A stretch of 57,949 nucleotides of DNA, filler included, from Sphacelaria rigidula (GCA_964200075.2; 4 parts of 4 records of this genome joined end to end with filler, not necessarily neighbours in it); one strand, 5' to 3'. Counted from the first letter of the whole stretch, positions 15,122-28,928 are shown. A program made the numbers and translations. The notes: a model not told the origin generated them from the sequence alone.

Positions 15122-16600
15122 GTTGTCTGTTCACTGCAAGTGCCTGAACTTGTTCACGAGGCTGGAGCAAGCCCGGGCGTTCAGCACCGCGTACCGGGAG
15201 TTGCCGGTTCACACCACCACGCTTCGCTCATTGGGGAACTTCAAGGACGCCGTCCGCAGCGGAGGGCGAATGATCACAATACCAGGCATCAATCGCCCGC
15301 GAAGCTTCGAGTTAAGAGGAGGTGGGACCGCGCCCGTGACCGTAGGCATGGAAGCGGTCATGCACGGCCCCACGTTCACTGGAAGGACTGCCGCCGGCGT
15401 TTATGAGGATCCGCCCTGGACGCTATTCCGAGGTGATATGCCTCGTGTCGAGGAAGCACGCCCCTTCGAGCTGAAAACAGTCGACCTCACCGTCGTCAAG
15501 CATGTCAAGCAACGATACGCATCTTCTGTGCACTCGCGTGTGGACGCTCTGTATCCCACCGGCGAGTGTTCACGTCTTGGATTTCCCCCGATCTCCGCAT
15601 TGTTTGTGTTGCCTGGCATCGATGTCCCTGGCTACGCGGCAAACCACATTGCACACGTGACAAAGCGTCGAGCACGCACGGCGCTCTCTCGCTAGCCGTA
15701 TTGTGTGTATGACACCCCCTCCTTGGTAGAAACACACGTCTCTCTGGATCATAAGCAGCGCATCAAAATGAAAGGGAAAGATTCAGCAAGTTCTAGCCCT
15801 CTGTGACAAATTGGAGGACACGGCCGCGCTCAGTCTTCCTCTTCTCGAGACCGTCGCACTTGCCAGTAATTAATGACGACATACTTTGATAGGGTCTTCT
15901 TCTGCGCTCCTCGCGCGTCACTGCAACGATGTTACGCTGTGCAGAAACCACGAAACAGCAAGAGATCAAGGTCGAAATGGATCGCTCGGCCGTAATGCTT
16001 CAGGCAACGGGCCTGTGTGACTAGGATCTGGACGAGTGGTGGTTGCCGACATCCGACACGTTGCGGAGGAGCGACGAGGAGGTGGAGGGTGGACTGAACG
16101 GAGGTAGACTCGCAAAAAACGACACCGGTTCATGCTAAGATGGGGAGGGCGATGGTGAGCGACTAGAGAACGATGCAGAGCAGGTGGATCCAATCCCTCG
16201 GACGCCGTTCTTCGTCGAGGGGGAGTACGTGTTCTTCCTCGCTCATGGCACCCCTTCTCTAGTGGGTCAAGTCACGGGCAAGCGCGAGACGGGGGGCGAC
16301 GGTGGGGCTGCCGCCGTCGATGACGAAGTGGAGGTGCACTGGTTGTCGCCTTCCAATCGTCGGGTGCGTGAGAACGCCCATAAGCACACTATTCGCTAGT
16401 ACGCCAGGGGCGTGTTTGCGAAGGACTTCAAGGAGGAGATGCATACAGCGGCAAAACAAAAGACGGCGACTGCAACCGCATGTTGATTGCATGGCATGCA
16501 TGGATGTAGTCGCATCGTGCGTAAGCCTGAGAGCGGGGAAATAAATTCCCAATGCTGTCTTGAATGATCTCGCGGCGGCCTGTGATCACGACACCGGGGA
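15122..16600 (+). pseudogene. Decayed spliced gene, possibly a DUF7869/Sola-like transposase C-terminal region
   Basis: Acceptor CCTGCAG then RLSVHCKCLNLFTRLEQARAFSTAYRELPVHTTTLRSLGNFKDAV...IPGINRPRSFEL. Downstream segments (EGEYVFFLAH...VEVHWLSPS) carry in-frame stops and frameshifts. Family call is from recalled resemblance only. Confidence 0.35.
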
Positions 16601-17268
16601 GGGCGAGGGGTGTGAGCTGGGGGAAGGATATGCCTCCACGATGGAAGGGGTGGAGATGGGGGAGCCCCGGCCAGATGGGGCGGGTGACGAAAGCGAAAAT
16701 CACGACGAATAGCAGGGAAAACAGGCCCCTCGCACAGGCGGGGGGGATGAGAAGGATAAGCGGAGGAAGGATGACGTCGAGGGCGACGAGGAGGGGAATG
16801 AAAGACAAGGCGGGACTGTTAGGGGGGGGAGGAGAGAGGCGGAGGCAGGCGCGGGTGCAAGACAGAGTGTGGGAGAGCCTATGCATGAAGTTACGGCGGC
16901 TGCGTTTGATGGTGACGCGGGATCGGGTTGTGGGGCCATATGCGAGAAAATACAGAACACACAACCGACGGAGCCTAAGCCTGGAGTCAGGCTAACAGCT
17001 GCACATTTCAAATCCCGTCGTGTTCATGGGGGGCTGCCACAACCGGTTCGAGTGGTGAGGTCGAGGACCTCGGAGGGGGCGACGTCGGCAACAACAACTG
17101 CAGCGTGGGGGAGTAGTGGGGGGGGGGGGTCAACGGTAGCACATCCGCCGGGCGAGTAGACACGAGAAGGCGGTAGTGGAGGTGGTGTTTCTGCTGCTGG
17201 GTACACACGAATGTAGCCGCATTGTTGCTCTCACTTTTGTTGTTGAAGCTGGTCTTGATGCTCCTCCG

Positions 17269-17633
17269 ACGCCGGGAAAATGGGAGCCTCGGTGCACCAC
17301 TCCGGAAATCCACCAGGTCCCCGCGCGACGCCGACCACAAAGATCGTGGAAGTGATCGCTTTTGGTCGAAAGGAAGACATTATTTGTGAATGCCTGCATG
17401 CGTAACAAACGAGATATATTGCTCACATGATTGTCAGTTATGGGCTGACGGGGGGACTTGCAATAGACACGCCGGGAAATCGGGAGCCTCGGTGCACCAC
17501 TCCGGCAATGCACGAGGTCCCCGCGCGACGCCAACCCCAAAGACCGTGGAAGCGATTGCTTTTGGGCGAAAGGAAGACATTGTTTGTGAATGCCTGCACG
17601 CGTATCAAACGAGATATATTGCTCACATCATTG
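17269..17633. repeat. Direct duplication, ~165-bp units with 200-bp period
   Basis: 17269-17433 and 17469-17633 align (ACGCCGGGAAA...GCTCACAT.ATTG). Confidence 0.9.
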
Positions 17634-17849
17634 CCAATGATGAAGTGACCGGGTGACTTGTAACGGATGTCGGCGGAGGGGTCACACAAGGGACGCGGGC
17701 GACGAGGCTCGTCTCCGCCGTTGCTCCTCCGGTGGCGCCTTCAAGGACACCCGGGGGACTCGCAACAACTTTTCCATACACCCCCACTACCGCAAGCGCT
17801 TTCGTGATTCAAAACCTCTCCGGGAAAAGGGTTGTGAAAACGATGGTCA

Positions 17850-18410
17850 GTTGAACCTCATAAAAATGTTGAACTTCAATAACGAATCCAGGCTGTTCAT
17901 TGCTGTACGTGCGCTCTTACACGCGGCTTTAAGTGCTTTACACATTGCTGGAGTCCGGTTATCCTTCATCCGTCAGCGTGCCTACCGTCATTTGGCGACC
18001 GCTGCCTCCACGTTTGCTCTCGTGTCTAGGTTTTCACACCATTCCGGCATACGTGGTATCCGTGCCTCTTCCGGGCGAACTGTCTGCGCTGCCTCGACGA
18101 TGGTTTCGGTGAATCCCTTCGCGGCCGCCGGTGCGGTGGCGAGTGGCTGGTATTTTTGCTCGCCGAGGTTATTTAGGAACCTCTCGGTCACGTGCAACCG
18201 TGCCATTTCGGTCTGCAGTTGCTGCCTACTGAATTGCTGCTGCCTCGATTTGGTTCGTACTGGGCGGTTGTTGGCAAAGCGACCACCGAGGTCGACAGTG
18301 GCCACCACCATGTTGTGGTCCGAGTCAGCTTTGCCCGGAGGTGCCGGTTGAGGGTATATGGCTGCGTTGCGCACTCTACGTCGGTGTGCCCAACCATAGT
18401 TTCCGACCAT
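17850..18410 (-). mobile_element. LINE fragment (end of AP-endonuclease domain and linker)
   Basis: HRRRVRNAAIYPQPAPPGKADSDHNMVVATV contains the terminal SDH motif of LINE AP endonucleases. The frame is interrupted by stops. Confidence 0.7.
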
Positions 18411-19599
18411 TCTTTGAACAGCCCTCGGGAGGCGGGTATAGTGCGTTGCAATACCAGATGCTTTTAAAAAAGACGAAGATGTGTCTTCACGAACACGAAG
18501 GGCTTTGGCAAAAGAGAGGAGTACATGCTATATACCTGGAGTGCTGAAGAGGTACGTCAAACTTGAGGTTCCTATTATATCTTACAGCAACGTATTGTAC
18601 TGCCAATTATACCGGGAACCTCTAGCTTGAGATGCCTCGTATGATGTCATGACGTTTGCATCAACACAATAATACGTTGGCCTCGTGTCACCTTCCTTCG
18701 TTTGGATGGATGATACAATAATAGGCAGAGGCTAAATGGTACCCAAAATAAGTATTCTTTTTCGGCTGTAAATACCCACAGATCACCTCAGCACACTTGC
18801 GAGTGATAGTTTTGAGGGTGTTTTTTTCAATCGAGAAAAAAGGCGGTGGGATTGATTTCAGCGAAATTCGCTCAATTTTCTCGAATTGGGTTCAAGGGAA
18901 TTTTCAAACTGTCGATCGAAAAAAGACAGGGAAATTCGTGAAGCAGTACTCAATATTGTTCGTTTGTATATAGTACACACAGTCTGTACTGTCAGCACTG
19001 TTTGCATGCAGTGTGTCTGAGCGTGTGTGTGCGTATTTCGTGAGGTAGGGTGTGGAAGAGAAGCGGGCAAAGTGCAGTACAGACAGCGCAGGACTACCTG
19101 TTCTCTCCGCTTCCGACGATGGGTTGATCGGTTGGTTGATTGATTGATTGAACGTCTCGATTTGACTGACCTACCAGGGATTCAGCCGTGGTGATATGAT
19201 AGACGTACCCATGACAAAACAAAACTGATACACTCGCTGTAGAAAATAAGAAACAGGAAAATTCGAACAGAACGACATATTGGACTAAGGCCGTGTCTTA
19301 GCACATCATGTTTCGATCGAAAAAGTGCGGTGAAAAACGATACTCCCGATCTGACAGGTTGTGATTTCAACCATCTCCGAAATTCACGACGCTGGTTGAA
19401 ATCACGATCTATCAGATCTGGACTTTCGTTTTCCACCGCACAATGTCGATCGAAAACTAATGTGCCAAGATACGCCGTAAGACGTGAAAAAAAGTAGTAA
19501 AACGCCCAGAAAAGCAAAGCACAGAAATAAATGGACGGTCTAAAACAAAAAAAAACAAAAAACAAAGCTCAAGGGATTCAGGGCAGCAGAGTGGATACA

Positions 19600-20320
19600 G
19601 GCACACACCAGAAGGCACCGTAATTTCACCTAGTAAGGACATAATCAACAACCGATATGAGCAGACAGGATTCTTCGATTGGCGGCCCTCGACGCAGCAG
19701 CCTCTCGTTTGTGACGGTGGTCTGATTCTTGTTTGTCCGCGCGTCGTCACGTGTCCTTAAAATGTTCCCGCTCTTTTTTCGACTCCAATATACCATTTGC
19801 TCATTTTCTTCGCCGCAGTGACCCAATCGTATGCATCACTAACCTCTACACCGTGGGCGAACCATTTCCGTCGAGCTATTTTGTGTGGGACAACACCCAG
19901 TGCACGTAGGTTCCCCTAGAGGTTATCTTCCCATTGCTTGGGGCGGCGACCGGCCTCCTTGGGCCCTCGTGCGGTTAACTGACCGTTCATGACGCGCTTA
20001 GGAAGGCGTGTTTCCTTCTACCGGACAAGGACTCCCGCGAACCAGAGTTAGTTGACGTTTGCGGATAGTCGACTCGAAAAAATCGCCGTTGGTCATCTCG
20101 AGCACCGCTCTGTACGAACGAGTCTTGTAGCCATTCCGATATTTCTTGCGGAATCCAACCACTCGCAGCAAGAGCTTGTGATGGTCAGTCCGCAGACTGT
20201 CGAAGTCCTCAGAACGTAGCGTCCAGGTAGCACATCCATGCAACAGAGCCTCTACCACGTCCGCTTTAAGCAGTCGAACTTTCAAGGTTAGCTCGGCGTT
20301 GGGTCGGTAGTAGAGCTGGG
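19600..20320 (-). mobile_element. LINE (RTE-like) 3' part, post-RT region
   Basis: QLYYRPNAELTLKVRLLKADVVEALLHGCATWTL...HHKLLLRVVGF. Continuous with the 26360-27040 fragment across the copia insertion. 3' boundary approximate. Confidence 0.75.
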
Positions 20321-20558
20321 TGTTCATGTGAGCAGGTACACCGAGTGAACATGTACATATGCAGATAGATTTATGCTGACGCACGGGTACTGGAAGTTGA
20401 GTGTGTGTGACTACAGTACCATAATCAGGCCAGCAGCGTCGCTGCTAGTGGCCCTCACTCTTCCTCTGATCCCTACAACCGAGGTACGACTCTGTCAAGG
20501 CACCCTCCAACAATACAAATTATAAAACTAACTATTCTTCGCCACGGGCCACGGAATA
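20321..20558 (+). repeat. 5' LTR of copia element
   Basis: TGTTCATGTG...CGCCACGGGCCACGGAATA, aligns to 26112-26359. Confidence 0.85.
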
Positions 20559-23500
20559 CACTAGTGTTACAACCGGTTGAGCGAAATGGCAAATCAGGGT
20601 GGTAGGCCTGCTCCAGTAGTTGATGAGCAGCAGGGTGTTCTTGAACAGTTGGGGATGGTGACTAGCCAGCCTAGTTCCATGGCTGAGCTATCGCGTGACT
20701 TGCTGTTAAACCAAAATGCAATACGGGGTACGGTAAATGACATGAGAGTAGTAAGAGAGTCCGGGGGCGTAGAAACCATTGGCTTCCTCAATAGTGATGG
20801 TTCCCATAGTCCACGGGGGAAATCCAGAACAAACATCAGTACAATAGAGTGAAGAAGTGCCGGGATTCGAAGAGACCACCAGTACATCGAGACTTGAGCC
20901 GGGCCGGAGGAAGGAGCTCGCGATGCGGGGGACAACGGAACCAGAGACGAGGTAGGGGCTTCGTCCCCGAACGTGAGTCAGTCCATGTGTACGATGCAAG
21001 TGGAAGTACGTCAGGCGAACACGATTTTCGACAGAACGTGCAAACATATTCAGGGAAAAGCGCAGAGTTTGCACGGTACGAAGCTGATCAACTTCGCGAG
21101 GGGCGAAGGAATTCACTGAGTGTTTACCATGGCCGGCGACAGTTTGCAAGACGTAGATATGTTGACGACCCTGAACTATCACTGGGATATCTGTAGACTA
21201 GATACAGGAAGGACATTGTGGCAGCCCAGGTGAGGGCGAAACGGATGCTTGTTGCTAGTGTCGAAGGCAACAGAGAGGAAAATATCTTGCTCAGACTTCA
21301 CTCACCTGGCGCAGTCTGGAGAAAACTTGCAAAAATGTTTTGCCCGAAAAGAAATCGGGCAAGACTGGCGTTGTTGGAACAATTCGATGGAGTCAAGATT
21401 GGTGCTCGTGACAATTCAGACCAGAAGCTGCTCGAGATTAAAGAAATTGCACGAGAGCTTAATTCATAGGAGGAACATCAACCCCTAAGCGAAAACCATA
21501 TCCTCATGAAATATCTCAACGCCTTGCCGCACCAGTATCACATCCAGAAGCAATTTCTGGAGGATCGAGAGGGGCCGCTAATCCGGGAGATTGTGATAAT
21601 TTCGGTCCGAAAGCGCTTCAAGTCGGCCACCTTGAAGCAGGAACTTTCCCGTGGAAAAAGCCATCCCCGGCCGACCAGGCTCTCCTCGTCAGGGGTTGGA
21701 CCGCAAAACCGAGCGGTGCACACCGCAAAGGAAAACCGGGCAAACCCCAGGGCTCTGCTCAGAAAAATGGCATGAGCCAGAGTTTGAGTAGCTCTGGGTC
21801 GACATCGTCGTACGGCAAACCGGCGACTGTGAAGCTGATTCGCTGCCACATTTGCGAAGAGGACACGACGCAGCGCGCCAGGGGCTACCCGACGAGATAC
21901 TGCGGGAGGTACGGCCAACGGGGGTACAAATCCTGGGACTGTCCGAGATCGGCAGCGAAGAAAGAAGATGTGGCGATGGCGATGAGTACGGCTGACGACA
22001 GCGACGACTCCTCCGTTTGCTCGGACGCAGACGGGGAGGCTTTCGCCTCTTTCGATATCACCATCAACGACGAAACAGGCGAGTACGCATTATCTGTTGG
22101 GCAGGGGGTGATAAACATCAGGGTGAGGGCGAACCGTGGGCGTTTGATACGGGGGCTACCCGGTTTTTTCCCCCCGATTCCTGTGGGATGACGGAGTACA
22201 GAGAGTGTCGGGGTAGGATACTACGGTACGCGGGTAGTAGTACTTACACGATCGTAGGCAGAGGGAATGTTTCTCTGGCTTTCAGATCTGACGGACAGGA
22301 TGTGGTGATTAAATTAATGGATATTGATCATGTACCTAATGTCCGTCATCACCTCTTGTCACCCGCAAGGATCCAAGACAGTGGACACACCTACACCGGT
22401 TTTTGTGGAGGTCTCAGGGTAGATATCACTTCAGGCACACTGGCAATACCCGGACCAACTCGTCAACTGAAAATGTACGCTCGCCGCCTTGACGAAAATG
22501 GTGGTGACAAATGTGCTTCGGTATATGTTGTGATTGCCCCGGGGGCTCCGTCTAGCCCCCAGATCGTTGATATAACGCACGCCCACGTTCACGAGGACCT
22601 ACTGCAAAAAACCGCGAAGCAGTTAGGGGTGCAGCTGACTAGAGAGTTGCAGCCCTGCCGCGGTTGCTCGGAAGCAAAGGGACTACGACGGCCGATTCCA
22701 CGATCGACGCATACGAGCGCAGTTAAGCCAGCGTCTAGGGTGTTTATAGATCTTTCCGGCCCGAAACCAGTCAAGTCTCATGGGGGAAAGTGGCACGCGA
22801 TGATAGTCCGAGATGATTACTCACGATTCACGAACCTGTATTTCCTTCGCACGAAGGGTGAGGCCGAGCGATACTTCACGAAAAACATTGCAAATAATTC
22901 TCCAAGAAAAGTCGAGATGACCCGCAGCGATGACGGGAGTGAATTATCGGAGGGTCATTCGGTGAACTTCGTGACAAGGAAAAGATCGAGCAGAAAACGA
23001 TAACTCCCGACTCACCCCAGTTCAACGGCATTGCAGAGCGGGTATTGGGTATTATCGAAACAACTGGCCTTGCCACCAAGAACCAAGCATCTAAGCTGCA
23101 CCCACATGAGCGTATCCCAAATGGTAACAACCTGTGGGCTGAACAGGCACACTGGGCGTGCCATGCCCTGAACCGCACTGCTACCTCGGCTAACCCAAGA
23201 TGCAAATCACTGCATGAGATGTGGTACGGATCACCACCGGACGGTGATCTCATTCCGTTTTTGAAGCCTGGGTTTTGTAAGAGGAGACGGACAAACAAGT
23301 TAAAGGCGAAGGCGGGAAAATGCTGGTATGTGAGCCCATCCCCAGGCTGCCCACGTGGCGCGATGCGACTTTTGGTTGTACGAGAATCCATCACCGTAAC
23401 AAGAGATATAACATGGGCACGTACCTCCCCCACCCCTCCCGCACGCTACAGCAAGCGGGCCAGAGGCTGGGCGAGACGAGGGATTCCAAGGTCGAAGTGA

Positions 23501-26111
23501 GCGAACAAATGGTGCAAAAATCGACAGTGGACACTTCGTCCAGTGGTTCCTCAAGCGCACCGTCCTCCCCGCCGAGTTCCGCAGGTGAGCGGGGCGGGGC
23601 AGCACCACAGATCCCCGTCAGTACTGGAGGGGACGAAGTGACTTCACCGTCCCCGCGAGGGGGGGGAGAAGGCAGGGTGATTCCACAGATCCCCGTTCCA
23701 GATTCAGCCAACGGAGGGGGTGAGGGGAAACAACAAACATCATCATCATCTACATCGACGCCGACATCAACGCCTACGCCGACATCAACGCCGACACCCA
23801 CATCGGCATCGTACACTCCCCAATCGCCCGCAGAGTCGCCCTCTTCCACGGGTCCCTCGCAAGACGACGGGGGAGGCGGCAACCCTCATCAACTCCAGAG
23901 GGCCGAGCGGCGCCGTCTCACGCGGGCCGACGAGTTGCTGACACCAAGGGCGGGTGTACTAGGAGCCAAAGGCGCGAAGCCATGGGGTCGGCGCACACAC
24001 ACGGCGAGACGCTGGTGGCTAGCGGAGCGGAGAGGAGCAGAAAGGAAGCGGAGATGACGCTGGCGGGGATGGTCGAGGACAAATGCTCAACCGTGGAGAT
24101 GATCATCGCGGCAACAGGATAGTTGGCACAACTAGGCGCAATCGCCTCGATCCAGAACGAGTTGGCCGACAACGACTTTTGTTGTTTTGTTGCTGAGGAG
24201 GACAGAGTAGGACGACCCGAATTTGGTTTGCATTCACCGGTTGGCCTGTATGTAAGCGAAATAGAAGCAGCACCCACCAGTATGGATGACGTAGCGACAT
24301 CAGACTTCCAAGAGGTATAGCTTGGCGCGATGCAGGCAGAACTGTGAGGTCACAACAAGGCGGAAACGTTTTCGAGTGGTACAGTCCCAGAAGGAGGTAT
24401 TGTGATTTCAGCAAAATGGGCTTTCAGTTGGAAAATCTACGCCGATGGTACCGTAACAGAGGCAAAGGCTAGGCTGGTAGCGCGAGGATTCGGACAACGT
24501 TTCGCGGCCGACTATTTCGATACTTTCGCGGCCACGCCCTCCATGGCATGGTCATGGCAGTCGTAGTTCAGGAAGAGTGGCCGTTGTACCATTCCGACGT
24601 AACACAGGCTTTTGTTCAAGCGAAGATGGACACTCACGTGTAGATGAGGCTGCCTGCAGGTTGCTACGGTTTGACAGACATGCCCGTAAACCTCGAAATA
24701 TCCATTTATGGGATAAATCAAGCAGGCAGGCAGTGGTCACGTCTTGTGTGCAAAATTTGATTGGGGGATGTTGGGATGGTGCAGTGTGAGGCTAATCCTC
24801 GTGTTTTCAAGATGGAGGATGCACGAGATGCGCGTGTAATTCTAGTCGCCCATGTGAATGGCATTCTGATCATCAGTGGTGCTAAGGAAAATGTGCGACA
24901 GGTGGGCAAAATTCTGAACGACAAGTACCCCACGAACAATCTCGGAGAGGTCACATGGTGCATGGGGTGTGCGGTGAACAGTGATTGGGATAGAAGCACG
25001 CTGTCGGTGACGCAAACTACGTTCACAACACGCTCCTAACGCGTTTTGAGGTGAGGGGGTCCTCAGAAATCCCTGCCTCTGTTTCTGTTAAGTTAGGGCC
25101 GACAACGGGCGAAGACACAGAGGTGAATCTTCCATACCACAACGCAGTGGGGGGGGGCTGATGTGGCTGGCAACAGTCACTAGACCAGACATTGCGAGTG
25201 CAGTACGAACCCTCGCTCGCTAGTCACATGACCCATGCGAGGGGCACTGGGAAGCAGTGGTAAGGGTGCTGAAGCATCTTAATAGGACGAAGGAATTGGG
25301 ACTTATGTTTACGAGAGATCACGACAGGCTTTCAGTTTACTGTGACGCCGACTACGCTGAGAAGGGAACAGATAGGCGTTCAGTTTCGGGGGCAGCTATG
25401 GTGTATGGTGGTGTGGAAGTGTCGGTAACGAGTCGCACACAACACTGTGTGACTCTATCAAGCACGGAGGGGGGGTATGTCGCAATGGCCGAGAGGGCAA
25501 AAGAGGGACTGTTTGTGAAGGCAGTGTTAACATTTCCGCGACCTTAGACTGTGTCTGGACGTGGGAAGACCACGGTGTTGTCTTATACGAGAACAACGAG
25601 GAAGTCAAGGCTCTGGCCGAAAATCCCCTCAGTTCTGAAAGGAGTAAGCACATCGATGTGAGGTACCACTTTGTTCGAGAGCTGTGGGGACAGGAAAGAT
25701 CATGGTCGTGTATGTAGATTCAGGATGGCAGCATGCTGGTATTTTGACGAAGCCTCTGTCGATCAACTTGTTTGCAAGGCACAGACAGCTTTTGATGAAC
25801 CTGTAAGTCGACAAATAGACACGTTTTTGTGTGTGTACCCTTGGTGTGCTAGCTCGGGGTATTTTCAAGTCTGTTTGTGATGAATTTACACGTATGTTGG
25901 AATAAGCCACCCACACTACTTTGAGGGGCACGGGTTTTTGTTGGACATTTCCTGACATGACGTGTATCTCCCTGTACCGGCGCCCATGAATAACGTAGAC
26001 GGAGCACGAGCAGTTGAGAAAATAATGTTTTTGCTCGGATGGCCGCGTATCCTCTTTTGTTAGCGACAGAGAGAGGTAGCGGTGACGACTGACGTACCAG
26101 TTCAGAGCGAG

Positions 26112-26359
26112 TGTTCATGTGCGCAAGTACACTGAGTGAACATGTACATGTGCGGATAGATTAATGCTGACGCACGGATGCTGGTAGTCGAGTGTATGTG
26201 ACTACAGTACCATACTCGGGCCAGCAGCGTCGTCGCCAGTGGCCCTCACTCTTGGTATGATCATTCTTACCAAGATACGACTCTGTCAAGGCATTCTCCA
26301 ATAATACAAAATATAAAACTATCTACTGTACTGCAACCTTCGCCACGGGCCACGGAATA
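26112..26359 (+). repeat. 3' LTR of copia element
   Basis: Same termini as the 5' LTR, with substitutions and a small indel. Confidence 0.85.
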
Positions 26360-27040
26360 TTGGGAGCTAATATTTCGGATACGCGCCCACGTCGCGCTGA
26401 TACGGTGGTTGATTTCGATGGACATTTTCGCATCCGTGCTGATAGCTCCGCCAACGTGGATGAACTTCCCCGTCTGCTTATATCGTTCACGGGTGGCCAC
26501 TGGGGTGCCTGTAATCTCATATTTGGACGTTACAAACATTACAGAAGGTCTGTAACGTCCAAATTTGAGATTACAGGCACCCTAGTGACCTCCCGTGTTG
26601 ACTGGCAGCTTTGATATCCAGGGTGGCCTCCGTGGGACTGGGTACTGATCAAAGACGCATGGACTCTGTCTTGCTCTCGGAGACCATCGGGCCCAATTAC
26701 TGGCAGGTCATCCGCATCACGGCCCTCATTTGAGCAAGGCTTTCTGAAGTCCTCGAGACTATGCCGGCGTCGTCTGCATAAAGCATTGCCCACACCGCGC
26801 GTCGCACCTTTTTCAGCGATGTCTCTTCAGCAGGTTCACCACCGTCACCTTTTGGTGCATCATCTAGTAAGACCAATTCTGAGACGATGGCTAGGTCCTC
26901 CGCAAACCGCTGATCAATCACTTCCACCGAGCCTGCTCCGAGGGTGTCGAACAACAGCGGGGACGAAATACAACCTTGTCTGAGCCCCTGGCAGACGTGG
27001 AACCACGCTGATAGTTCGCCGCCATCTACACACGTGGGCA
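26360..27040 (-). mobile_element. LINE reverse transcriptase fragment
   Basis: FHVCQGLRQGCISSPLLF and WAMLYADDAGIVS motifs, then degenerate F.YLG-like segment (FIHVGGAIS...EINHRI). Frameshifted. Confidence 0.88.
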
Positions 27041-27393
27041 AATAGCACCTTCTACAGGGTTCAGCAACCCCGTACAGCATTTGCAACCCCTAGTATCTCT
27101 ACCAGCATATTGTATAGCGCTTTTCTCGACACACTCACTGTGGCTAACCCTATGGATGCACTCCCAATTAGAAAGTTCCTAACTATTTGTTACAAGATCT
27201 GTAGAATTATTTATTATACAGCAGAGGCTCTTCGAAATAAACCCTCTCCTTGCCCAATTTCCAACATTGGGCAAACAAAGTGATTCGAACAGATTTTGCT
27301 GCGCGAATCCCATACACTGGCGGATTAGGAATTTGTACAGCAGAAAAGCTGCTCGAGATAAATCCTCGCTTTGCCCGCCAATTCATCTTGATA

Positions 27394-27894
27394 TTGGGCA
27401 ACAAGAGAACTCATTGTGAACAGCCTCAGCTGTGCAAGTCTCACATATTACACCGTAATCGGCGTGTGTATGTTGTTCGAGGGGCACAAGAAATTGTTGA
27501 AAACTCATCATTTTGCCCCCTGATTCACATGTCGCTTAGGGCAATGAGGGAGTTTTCAACAGCATGTGATGCTTGCAACTCCCATACACTGTTTGCGAGT
27601 GTATGTCCACAGGGCTGTACTCAGCTGTAGTAATGGTGCGAATACGTCATATACCTTCCTAGAGTGTACATGAGAGTCCTGAAAAACACGTAGTCCTGTG
27701 CTATGGGAGTTGCAAGCATCACATGCTGTTGAAAACTCCCTCATTGCCCCAAGCGACATGTGAATCAGGGGGCAAAAGGATGAGTTTTCAACAATTTCTT
27801 GTGCCTCTCGAATCTCATACATACGCCGATTACGGTACAATATGTGAGACTTGCACAGCTGAGGCTGTTCACAATGAGTTCTCTTGTTGCCCAA
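27394..27894. repeat. Long inverted repeat (fold-back), 193-bp arms, 115-bp spacer
   Basis: 27394-27586 is the near-perfect reverse complement of 27702-27894. The mirror ORFs GNKRTHCEQPQLCKSHIL appear on both strands. Confidence 0.92.
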
Positions 27895-28333
27895 GAGTGA
27901 TGCTACGGTAGGGGTACAGAAATAATTTCTGAGGTTAGAATTCTTAGGAGCCTCTTATCTCATCCAAAACACGACTTATGAAAATATGCGAGAGTACGCC
28001 AGGACAATGTGCTGGGGATATCCCGAATAAATCTGCAAACGGGGATGCCCTGGCCCATATTCTTGTGCGTCTAGAATCGTTAGGAGCTGCGACGCCAGCA
28101 GGTTGCTAGTACTGCAGCGTTTGATGCTGTTGAGGGACTTCCCAGTTCCACTGGCCTCGAGGTCTCAGTTGTCAGCCTTCACAACACCTTTATTATTCCC
28201 GGAGTAAACAGCTGCAGCCCTTACCGTGAGGCCTGGGCTACATAGCAAGGGTCATCATCCACAGGATGCCCTTGTTCCCTGGTCATCATCCAGGATCCAC
28301 TATATACTCAACGTGACGGCGTGATTTCGTCAC

Positions 28334-28928
28334 AGCACCCCCAAAGCGCCTTGGACGAGAATCGAGCAACAAGCTTGACACTCAGAAAACTAACGCCAAA
28401 ACGATTGAGCAAGTCACAACTGAATCCCAAACTCACGCTTAATGCGAGCAGCGATGGAACGAGTCACTCGCACCTTACGCAACTCCTTTTGGGCGAATTC
28501 CGGAGAGGCCTCAAAAATATTTTCAAAGGCTCCCACGTACGCTCCTCGACTTCAAAACCTACCCAATCGACCAAGACGATCACCGAACGATTTTCTGCCT
28601 TTGCCACGCGAACAGTCCCAGCCATCTGAAATTTTTCCTGGTTGACAGCGTGCTGGAACACATCCTTTACATCTGCCGTTACATTAAGCTGCGAGTCTGC
28701 ATGAAAACGCAGACGAGCTACATGAGCGGTGTGAACACGACCCGAAACAATGTTTTGGATCTCAAAGACATGCGGGTGATGAGCACCAACCTCTATCCTC
28801 GGACCAGTCCACGTCGCCATCAATTTTGGCGTAGCTCCCGGGCGACGCACGCGTGTATACAAGACATAGTCGCCTACTTCGAAATTCGGCAATTATTCCA
28901 GCCCCGACGAAGACCCCTCACGTCTACG
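28334..28928 (-). mobile_element. Ty3/gypsy 3' fragment: integrase C-terminus with chromodomain
   Basis: FEVGDYVL...KLMATWTGP...VHTAHVARLRF followed by VLVDWVGFEVEERTWEPL. A G-rich tract then TGTGACG at 28334 may start the 3' LTR. Truncated by the contig end. Confidence 0.8.

Larger units (their letters stand above)
20321..26359 (+). mobile_element. Full-length degenerate Ty1/copia LTR retrotransposon
   Basis: Two LTRs; TSD CTGGG (20316-20320) / TTGGG (26360-26364). Domain order gag with Zn-knuckle relics, protease (WAFDTGAT), integrase (FIDLSGP, VRDDYSRF, RSDDGSE), RT, RNase H (YCDADYA, RRSVSG, SKHIDVRYHFVRE). Many stops and frameshifts. Confidence 0.93.

Noticed and set aside
17653-18351. 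232-aa plus-strand ORF
   Set aside because: Antisense shadow of the LINE fragment.
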